A stretch of 10,481 nucleotides of DNA from Candidatus Thorarchaeota archaeon (GTDB taxonomy: Archaea; Asgardarchaeota; Thorarchaeia; Thorarchaeales; Thorarchaeaceae): NCBI GenBank assembly GCA_046758445.1, contig JBHIAE010000078.1, positions 1 to 10,481 of the forward strand, written 5' to 3'. This document shows positions 1 to 6,210 of the stretch, one piece after another. The notes under the pieces were generated by a model. The model ran no database searches. It was given only the letters and a program-made list of their open reading frames with translations, and was not told where the DNA came from. Position 1 is the first letter of the stretch. Every line of letters starts with the position of its first letter. The position numbers were made by a program, and so were the translations under genes.

Positions 1-395
1 TATGCACTGCTCTTGGTAGCACCTATACCTGGGCTGCCATGTCTAACCTGTTTGTTGGTGGCACTGAACTCTCCAAGAACATGTCCAATCATCTGAGGGA
101 GTATCTTCACCTTGACGAATTCCTTGCCGTTGTGCACCCCGACTGTGAGGTCGACCATTTCAGGGAGAATGACCATGTCGCGACAATGGGTCTTTACAAT
201 GACATCTTTGCCTTTTCGGAGCTGTTTCCTAGCTGCTCTGAGCTTCATGAGGAGCTTTCTCTGTCTTGGTGGGAGGCTTCTCTTGAGAGTCCTTCTCCGA
301 CGTGTAGGGAGCAGCTCAATGAGCGAGTCCATGTTCATCTTGGCTAGCTCGGAAAGCTTGTGACCGCGATACATTGGTTCGCCTTTGCTCGACAT
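1..395 (-). CDS. rps19p: 30S ribosomal protein uS19 (archaeal S19P / eukaryotic S15 family), 3'-truncated by the window edge
   Basis: Manual translation from ATG at 395: MSSKGEPMYRGHKLSELAKMNMDSLIELLPTRRRRTLKR...IVKTHCRDMVILPEMVDLTVGVHNGKEFVKVKILPQMIGHVLGEFSATNKQVRHGSPGIGATKSSA. The KTHxRDMxILPEM, HNGK and MIGHxLGEF signatures are diagnostic. SD-like GGTGAT at 404-399. Absent from the ORF track because there is no stop codon in the window. Confidence 0.97.
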   Translation of the reverse strand, partial: MSSKGEPMYRGHKLSELAKMNMDSLIELLPTRRRRTLKRSLPPRQRKLLMKLRAARKQLRKGKDVIVKTHCRDMVILPEMVDLTVGVHNGKEFVKVKILPQMIGHVLGEFSATNKQVRHGSPGIGATKSSA

Positions 396-473
396 TAGAT
401 CACCAAAGATGGCATACCGAGTGGGACATGACCACTCAGAACGGGGCTCTGTCCATGAGGAGCGAATTTAAGG
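396..473 (-). promoter_or_regulatory. Putative rps19 promoter (CCTTAAAT, 473-466) and structured 5' leader
   Basis: TATA-like box directly after the TPR stop. The leader holds an 8-bp hairpin CUGAGUGG/CCACUCGG (439-417) and a weak UGCCA/UGGUG hairpin over the SD. Confidence 0.5.
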
Positions 474-1034
474 TTATCCATGTGGAGTCTCCTCTTCCCA
501 TGGAGTATTGGTCACATTTCCTTCCTCATCCATGTAGCCTGCCTTCTTCATGGCCTCAGGAACCCAATTGAGCGCGCCCTCTATGCCAGGGTCTCTTATC
601 AATGCCAATCTTGCAAGCTCTACAGCCTTCTCATACCTTTCCAACTCATAGTTGATCTCGGCCATGTGGAGGATTGCCAGCGGAAGCCTCTCTTCCACAT
701 CCACTGCAGCTTCGAACGACTCCAATGCGTCATCCAGCTGTCCGAGATCCCGAAGACAGACTCCTTTGTTGAACAATGGTACTGGGTCCTTTGGGTTCGA
801 GTCAGCCGCTTCGTCTAGCAACTGTAGGGCCTCAATAGTCAACCCTGAGTCTTTGGAGGGATTCTCCTGAGCATGAATCAATGCAACTGCAAGGGAAACC
901 TTCGCATCGGTGTGTTTTGGATGCTTCTCCAAGAAGGTTCTCAATGCACCCACAGCCGCTTCTGTCTTACCATCCGCGAGCAGCCTTGCCGCCTCTTGGT
1001 ACTCCTTGTTTCTCTTGCGTCCGAAGATTGGCAT
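474..1034 (-). CDS. Tetratricopeptide repeat (TPR) protein, ~186 aa
   Basis: TPR-like repeats (PLFNKGVCLRDLGQLDDALESFEAAV; AILHMAEINYELERYEKAVELARLALIRDP). Start moved from 1094 to ATG 1034 (MPIFGRK), which follows a GAGGT SD-like motif. Confidence 0.85.
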   Translation of the reverse strand: MPIFGRKRNKEYQEAARLLADGKTEAAVGALRTFLEKHPKHTDAKVSLAVALIHAQENPSKDSGLTIEALQLLDEAADSNPKDPVPLFNKGVCLRDLGQLDDALESFEAAVDVEERLPLAILHMAEINYELERYEKAVELARLALIRDPGIEGALNWVPEAMKKAGYMDEEGNVTNTPWEEETPHG

Positions 1035-1061
1035 TCTAACAACCTCTTCGGTCCCCCTCAT

Positions 1062-1080
1062 CAACACTCTTAAGTCGTTG
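1062..1080. promoter_or_regulatory. Possible shared bidirectional TATA-like element (CTTAAG at 1069-1074)
   Basis: Palindromic CTTAAG flanked by CAAC...GTTG, almost equidistant (~38 nt) from the two divergent start codons at 1034 and 1110. Confidence 0.4.
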
Positions 1081-1109
1081 CCTGGAACCAACACGCTACG
1101 GTGAAGTAA

Positions 1110-2468
1110 GTGGACCGTCTGTTTGGGACGAACGGAGTCCGAGGAGTCATCAACGAGAGTTTGACCGTAGAGATGGCGCTTGACCTAGGTAGGGCGGTTG
1201 GAACCATACTTGGACCAGGAATTGTTGCTCTCTCTAAAGACTCCAGGATGGGTGGTGGGATGTTCGTTAGTGCGGTCATTTCAGGATTACTCTCAACAGG
1301 CTGTTCTGTGATTGACATCGGACCAGCGCCCACACCAACTCTGCAGTTCATGATTCCGCGGCTGGATTGTGTTGGTGGCGTCATGATCACTGCTTCTCAC
1401 AATCCACCTGAGTTCAACGGAATCAAGGTGATGGGAAATAACGGAATCGAAGTGACTCGTGAGGTCGAATCTAGGATCGAAGCCTCATACTCAAGGAAGG
1501 ATTTCAGAGCCGCCGAATGGAGGAACATCGGAGTTGTACGCAATTATGACGGAGCAAACAGGGTCTACCTAGATGCTATCAAATCTCATGTCAATGCAGA
1601 GAAGATTGAAAGTCAGAACTTCAGAGTCGTTGTGGATTGCGCCAACAGTGTGGGATCACTGGCAACTCCTCAGCTCTTGAGAGAACTTGGATGCACGGTC
1701 TTCTCTCTGAATGCGCGACTGGATGGGAAGTTTCCTGGACGGGATCCAGAACCGACTCCTTCGAACTTGTCATACTTGTCACAGGTCGTCAAGTCGGTAG
1801 GTGCAGACATCGGTATCGCCCATGATGGCGATGCAGACAGAGCCACTTTCGTTGACGAGAACGGCCGGGTTCTATGGGGCGACCAGTCATTCGCGATTGT
1901 GGCATCGTATGTCCTTTCTATGATGAAAGGTTCTGTCCTTGTCACACCCGTGAGTAGTGGAAGACTGATTGAAGACGTTGCCAAAAATGCTGGAGCGAAG
2001 ATTGACTGGACGGTCGTAGGTAGTGTTGTGGTATCACATCGTCTTGAGGAAATCGGAGCTCAGCTGGGAGGAGAGGAGAACGGCGGAGTCTTCTATCCAC
2101 CACATCAGCCTGTTCGCGACGGTGCAATGACAGCTGTACAAGTTGTAGAGATTATGGCAGACAAGAAGAAGAAACTCTCCGAGCTAGTCTCTGAGCTGCC
2201 CCGCTACTTCAGCACAAAGAAGAAAGTTCCTGTTCCACATGAGAAAAAGGCCGCTGTCTTGGATGTTCTACTCAAACTATCGGAGGGACATCAGAGAATC
2301 ACAATTGATGGTGTCAAGTTGCTATATGATGAGGGCTGGGTCTTGATAAGACCATCAGGAACAGAGCCTCTTTGGCGATGTTTCTCAGAGTCTTCGACGC
2401 AAGCAGGAGCAGACAGACTGGCAGAACAAGGGGAGTCACTCATTAGAGAAGCAATAGCAAAGCTGTGA
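1110..2468 (+). CDS. Alpha-D-phosphohexomutase (phosphoglucosamine mutase GlmM / phosphomannomutase-phosphoglucomutase family)
   Basis: Motifs LFGTNGVRG, ITASHNP (phosphoserine loop), DGDADR (metal binding), GGEENGG and IRPSGTEP. GTG start follows GGTGA. GlmM versus PMM/PGM specificity cannot be decided by eye. Confidence 0.95.
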   Translation: MDRLFGTNGVRGVINESLTVEMALDLGRAVGTILGPGIVALSKDSRMGGGMFVSAVISGLLSTGCSVIDIGPAPTPTLQFMIPRLDCVGGVMITASHNPPEFNGIKVMGNNGIEVTREVESRIEASYSRKDFRAAEWRNIGVVRNYDGANRVYLDAIKSHVNAEKIESQNFRVVVDCANSVGSLATPQLLRELGCTVFSLNARLDGKFPGRDPEPTPSNLSYLSQVVKSVGADIGIAHDGDADRATFVDENGRVLWGDQSFAIVASYVLSMMKGSVLVTPVSSGRLIEDVAKNAGAKIDWTVVGSVVVSHRLEEIGAQLGGEENGGVFYPPHQPVRDGAMTAVQVVEIMADKKKKLSELVSELPRYFSTKKKVPVPHEKKAAVLDVLLKLSEGHQRITIDGVKLLYDEGWVLIRPSGTEPLWRCFSESSTQAGADRLAEQGESLIREAIAKL

Positions 2469-2480
2469 TCGGGGTACGAG

Positions 2481-3131
2481 CTATCGTGGCCAGAGTAATG
2501 CAGAAGCAGCCTGACTCACAGCGCCCTCTAGGTTCGATAGATACTCTAGAAGACGGCCGCTCTCCGCATCGCTCATCTCTCGAAAGCCTATGAATCTCTC
2601 AATCTCTTTGCCAACAATCCTCAACAAGATGTCCTGAGTGTCTTCTACGACCGTAACATCTCCCGACTGAGCAGCATTCACAAGTGATTCCAGATTGTTC
2701 AACAAGTGCTTCAGAGGTTCTATCTTTCCAAGCCGAAAAGGGCTTCTGAAGCCGATTACAACCAATGCCAAAGCGGTTCCGATTCCAACCGAAAGTAGGA
2801 GTGCTGTCATCATATGTACTCCGAAGTAGTACGCAACGCCTGCTTCTGCAGCAGAGAATCCAAGCGCCAATTCGTAGATGAGGAGGACACCCAGAGAATA
2901 GTCAATCAGCGTGAACAGATTCCATCTCATCGACAGCTTCCGGAGCAGTGACTCGCGTTCTTTGGCAATTCTAGCTGACTCATCATTCTCATATGGATAG
3001 ACAATCGGAAGGCGCCATGCTTTGTCAATTGATTTGCTGCTCTGTTTTGTGCTCAAGTAGATTAGGAGGAGTAGCATGAAGAATAGAAGAATGCGAACGT
3101 TTGTGATGAGCTCGACGTCGGGAGACTGCAA
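2481..3131 (-). CDS. Hypothetical membrane protein (~3 TM segments), ~216 aa
   Basis: Long ORF with hydrophobic stretches (RILLFFMLLLLIYL; LFTLIDYSLGVLLIYELALGF; MMTALLLSVGIGTALALVVIGF). Start uncertain: TTG at 3131 after GAGGGGT is preferred over 3233. Confidence 0.7.
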   Translation of the reverse strand: MQSPDVELITNVRILLFFMLLLLIYLSTKQSSKSIDKAWRLPIVYPYENDESARIAKERESLLRKLSMRWNLFTLIDYSLGVLLIYELALGFSAAEAGVAYYFGVHMMTALLLSVGIGTALALVVIGFRSPFRLGKIEPLKHLLNNLESLVNAAQSGDVTVVEDTQDILLRIVGKEIERFIGFREMSDAESGRLLEYLSNLEGAVSQAASALLWPR

Positions 3132-3283
3132 CAGACAAAGACCCCTCGTGGCCCACGAAAGGAGGAGGATATCAATCTGGTGCTCTACGCGGCATTTCGC
3201 ATAGGCGGAGCAGTGTATCAGGGTCGGTTTCAAGGATTGCTCAATCCGAATGGTATTAAACTGGATAGATTCGCGGTTTTCCT

Positions 3284-4705
3284 ATGTCGCAAGCCGTGGA
3301 AGAAGCTCCGATAGAGGTTACTAAGCCCAAGGACCGCGTGAAATACTGGCAAGTTGACGCGCTGAAGGCTTTTGCAATCGCTCTCGTAGTGTTGGATCAT
3401 AGTCTGACTTGGGAACTAAAGAGCCTCGTGGGAGGAGTCTTCTGGGAACGGACTGCCATCCCCATCTTCATGATCATAATGGGCTTCAATATAGGGCTCT
3501 CCTTCAAACATAGAGGTTTCACTACACTTCGGGAGCTCTATTCTTGGTCATATTGGAAGAGCAAGATTGAGAGGTATGTTCTCCCATTCCTCCTTCTATA
3601 TCTGGGTTCACTCCTTTTGGGAGTATACTTCAACTCAATCACATTCAATGAGTATTCTTTGATAGGGTGGCTTCCATTCTGGGGTCCAGGGAATTGGTTT
3701 GTTCCTGTTCTCTTCAGTTCAATACTTGTCCTCCCTCTGATCTATAGAGGATACATATCATATCCAAAGCTGACAGTATTCCTCTGCTTCATGAGTGAGA
3801 TTCTTCTACAGCTGTTCATGTTCTACAATGTCCCCTTGGTCCCTGTAGATGGCTTCTGGCAATTCCAGAGTTATGAGGCCGCATTCCTGAGCACCCTCAT
3901 AAGAACAAACGTGCTGTTTCTTCTGCCTGCTGTTGGCCTTGGACTATGGTTCGCAGATGGCCCCGAAATCACCGCGAAGCGAAATCGACTCATGGCAGTC
4001 GCCGTGCCTGCTAGCATCGTCTACATGTTCGCCTACCAAGTCCTTGGCTTCCGCGCTGAGATCATCGATGGAATCTACAAGTACAAGCTCATTTGGGGCG
4101 ACTACACCTTCTTGGTGATTCCGTACTCCGCTCTCATATTCCTCCTGGCGATGAAGTACTTGCCCTCAACACCATCGACTAGACTGCAGAAAATCATCCA
4201 AAGAGTAGGTAGAGCCAGCTACCATATCCTTCTCGTTCAGATATTCTACTACTCCATTTGGTACTTCTCCAATCCAAACTGGGCGAATGTGGGCTTCGGT
4301 TCGAACTATCTTTTCCATATCTGGTTCTACGTTGTCAGTCTGGTGCTGACGTTCGTCGTGGGAATAGTCTGGTACGAGGCCGAAAGAAAAGCATACAGAC
4401 GGAATAGGTCATATTGGAATCACACCTACGTTAGAAGAGCTGTCTATGCCACAGGTGCGTTCATGTCAATCGCGGTATTGGGTATGGCCATCGAGTTTGT
4501 CAGTGAGATTACAGGACTGAGAGAGTGGCAGCGAACCCACGGTCCCTTCTTCGTACTGGACCGGCCCACGGGACCGGGAGTCATTGCTAACATCATTGTC
4601 ATCATCATCATGTTGAGCATCTGCCTATTCTTCATCTACAAGACCTTCACGACTATGGATGAAGAGATACCCATTGAAGTGATCGAAGGGACAGCTATGG
4701 TGTAG
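3284..4705 (+). CDS. Acyltransferase-3 family (OafA-like) polytopic membrane acyltransferase
   Basis: N-terminal motif QVDALKAFAIALVVLDH, followed by AIPIFMIIMG, GNWFVPVL and VGRASYHILLVQ, with more than 10 TM helices. TATTAAA lies ~30 nt upstream of the ATG, suggesting a leaderless mRNA. Confidence 0.88.
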   Translation: MSQAVEEAPIEVTKPKDRVKYWQVDALKAFAIALVVLDHSLTWELKSLVGGVFWERTAIPIFMIIMGFNIGLSFKHRGFTTLRELYSWSYWKSKIERYVLPFLLLYLGSLLLGVYFNSITFNEYSLIGWLPFWGPGNWFVPVLFSSILVLPLIYRGYISYPKLTVFLCFMSEILLQLFMFYNVPLVPVDGFWQFQSYEAAFLSTLIRTNVLFLLPAVGLGLWFADGPEITAKRNRLMAVAVPASIVYMFAYQVLGFRAEIIDGIYKYKLIWGDYTFLVIPYSALIFLLAMKYLPSTPSTRLQKIIQRVGRASYHILLVQIFYYSIWYFSNPNWANVGFGSNYLFHIWFYVVSLVLTFVVGIVWYEAERKAYRRNRSYWNHTYVRRAVYATGAFMSIAVLGMAIEFVSEITGLREWQRTHGPFFVLDRPTGPGVIANIIVIIIMLSICLFFIYKTFTTMDEEIPIEVIEGTAMV

Positions 4706-4742
4706 AAGAACTGACCTTCTACTGTGTCATCTTCTGACAACC

Positions 4743-4783
4743 AAAATGAAGTGAGAGGGCCAATAGGCCCTGTCTTCGCTTCA
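4743..4783. terminator. Long hairpin between convergent 3' ends (probable terminator)
   Basis: Core AGGGCC-AATA-GGCCCT (4756-4771), extended by TGAAGTGA/TCGCTTCA (4747-4783). TTTT follows on the minus strand. Confidence 0.6.
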
Positions 4784-4804
4784 ACAGTGTAGACCATTCA
4801 AGTA

Positions 4805-4897
4805 CTACTCTTCTGGCTTCGCCTCGGCAACCTCTTCCTCGTCGAAGTCAAAGTCCTCTAGGGGCTCTCGAGCAGGAGTGGTCAGCATGGTCCAGCC
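4805..4897 (-). pseudogene. Orphan duplicate of the last 30 codons plus stop of the DPM2-like gene
   Basis: GWTMLTTPAREPLEDFDFDEEEVAEAKPEE* versus GWTMLTTPAPEPLEDFDFDEEEVAESSPEE* (6303-6211): 27/30 aa and 68/90 nt identical. Confidence 0.9.
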
Positions 4898-4997
4898 GGG
4901 ACATTCCGCTCCAAGGACAGGCCGTTCTACAGATAGAAGGGTGGTCGCCAAGAGGGAAGGTAAGGGTCTAGTAGCAAAGAACGGCATCAGATGTCCC
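4898..4997. repeat. Nested inverted repeats at the left islet junction
   Basis: GGGACAT (4898-4904)/ATGTCCC (4991-4997) encloses GCCGTTCT (4921-4928)/AGAACGGC (4978-4985). Confidence 0.55.
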
Positions 4998-5727
4998 ACG
5001 GAAAGGGTCCCGGTCGTGTGGCCTCTTCCTTGGTCATCAGTCCTGAAAGACGAATAGGAATGACCCTCTCTCTGTCCTTGACCTCAATCTCAAGGCAGCC
5101 ATCCTCAGGCACATCCTTGTAGAAGCCATCTATAGACACAAACGGGCCGGTCAATCTAGATTCACGCTCATCCTGTCTTAGAATCTCGAACGCATACATC
5201 CCCTCCCTCGGGGGATCCTCCATGCCATATTCATGTAGTGTTTCGGGGAACACCCAGAACACCGAAACCCCGTAGACCTCTCCATCGCACTCAAACTTGA
5301 CTGTTTTGATGTGCACCCGCTCATTGTCTGCGAAGCCACCATACTCCTCTCCTTCAATTGCTCTTTTGAGATGCTCCAGAGAGAACTCTTGGACAGGATA
5401 CTGCTTCGGCTTGGGCTTTCTCTCCTTCTTCGCCTCCCAGTCGTGCCTCTCAAGTTTCAGCATGAAGTCCCATAGGTTAGCCCTCTTCACAAGACCAACG
5501 GCATCAAATAGGTCCTTCTCGACAACGCGTTTCCCCTCCGCATTGAGATTCGCCTGCTCCTTGGATGCGAAGAACTCCCAGACATCTTCCGTCTTGAATC
5601 CCCAGACTCTCGTACCCTTATTCAGTGGACAGTCACCATCAGGACGCCTTGTGAGGGAGCAATACCTGTCTTCCCAGAATTCGCAATGCTTGCATCGTAT
5701 GAAGCTAGACAGCTTATCGTCCCCCAA
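4987..5727 (-). CDS. Hypothetical protein with N-terminal Cys4 motif (C-x2-C-x7-C-x9-C), 246 aa
   Basis: Long ORF with soluble, charged composition and the motif CKHCEFWEDRYCSLTRRPDGDCP. TTG start with TTTACAAA ~27 nt upstream. No family recognised. Confidence 0.75.
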   Translation of the reverse strand: MGDDKLSSFIRCKHCEFWEDRYCSLTRRPDGDCPLNKGTRVWGFKTEDVWEFFASKEQANLNAEGKRVVEKDLFDAVGLVKRANLWDFMLKLERHDWEAKKERKPKPKQYPVQEFSLEHLKRAIEGEEYGGFADNERVHIKTVKFECDGEVYGVSVFWVFPETLHEYGMEDPPREGMYAFEILRQDERESRLTGPFVSIDGFYKDVPEDGCLEIEVKDRERVIPIRLSGLMTKEEATRPGPFPWDI

Positions 5728-5826
5728 TATGTGATGTTTCTTGAAGTTTGTAAATGTTGCTTCTACAGTGGGGTATGCCTGTCATCATAATGACTCTCCG
5801 CGACCTCCTCCATGAAGGCGACAAGT

Positions 5827-5849
5827 GTGTTCTGATGGGTGTTCTGATG
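5827..5849 (+). repeat. Tandem 11-bp direct repeat GTGTTCTGATG x2
   Basis: Exact copies at 5827-5837 and 5839-5849, immediately before ATG 5851. Confidence 0.8.
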
Positions 5850-5850
5850 A

Positions 5851-6018
5851 ATGCCTGAAAAGGTCGAGATTCAGAGGGGTGACCTCAGGGTTCAGGTCCG
5901 CCCGAAAGGATACAAGGACAAGGATATCCTGAAGGAGAAGCTCGACATACTTGAAGCTAGGATCCTTGAGTATATTGCCTCCCTGAAATCCAGTGAGGCC
6001 CTGCCTGACCTTAGATGA
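5851..6018 (+). CDS. Small hypothetical protein, 55 aa (below the ORF-track cutoff)
   Basis: MPEKVEIQRGDLRVQVRPKGYKDKDILKEKLDILEARILEYIASLKSSEALPDLR*. It has an amphipathic-helix pattern and protein-like AAG/GAG/GAC codon use. No clear SD. Confidence 0.5.
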   Translation: MPEKVEIQRGDLRVQVRPKGYKDKDILKEKLDILEARILEYIASLKSSEALPDLR

Positions 6019-6181
6019 ATGCGAGCTAGAGAGCATCTAGGAGCGCCTGTCTTAGCCGCTCCACATCGTCGACGCACTCGCCCCCAACTAGATAAGGCTA
6101 GTTGGGGATTCCATCTAAACCCGAACTGACCTCGACACTTCGTCAATCATTACCAGCTATCTCATAGAAAAGACATGCTGG
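5995..6181 (-). ncRNA. Candidate structured RNA (or folded ssDNA) with nested 3-way and 4-way junctions
   Basis: Six contiguous helices between 6011 and 6118 with no linker nucleotides at the junctions, an outer helix 5995-6000/6128-6133, and a further hairpin 6153-6181. G-U pairs favour the minus strand. Confidence 0.6.
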
Positions 6182-6210
6182 GGGAATCTGCTGCCACAAG
6201 CGTGCACGAA

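Larger units (their letters stand above)
4898..6210. mobile_element. ~1.3-kb islet or integrated-element remnant bounded by the duplicated gene 3' end
   Basis: Flanked by diverged direct repeats (4805-4897 and 6211-6303). Contains only orphan ORFs and folded sequence. No integrase or transposase is visible. Confidence 0.6.

Noticed and set aside
39-1104. Plus-strand ORFs 39-347, 112-363, 374-571, 480-818, 652-870, 873-1073 and 910-1104
   Set aside because: Antisense shadows of rps19 and the TPR gene.
4805-4999. 64-aa ORF as a real gene
   Set aside because: Only the last 30 codons match the DPM2-like gene. The upstream part reads through the inverted-repeat region and lacks the TM helices, so it is treated as a fragment.
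5844-5890. Hammerhead ribozyme (CUGAUGA...GAAA) or C/D-box sRNA
   Set aside because: Stem II would be 1 bp, and the NUH triplet and stem I do not form. Box spacing leaves only a 4-nt guide for a C/D RNA.
6082-6112. IS200/IS605 right-end hairpin (GGAATCCCC...GGGG)
   Set aside because: Superficially similar, but the typical downstream terminal motif is not evident, no tnpA or tnpB remnant is visible, and the hairpin is embedded in a larger junction. Not fully excluded.
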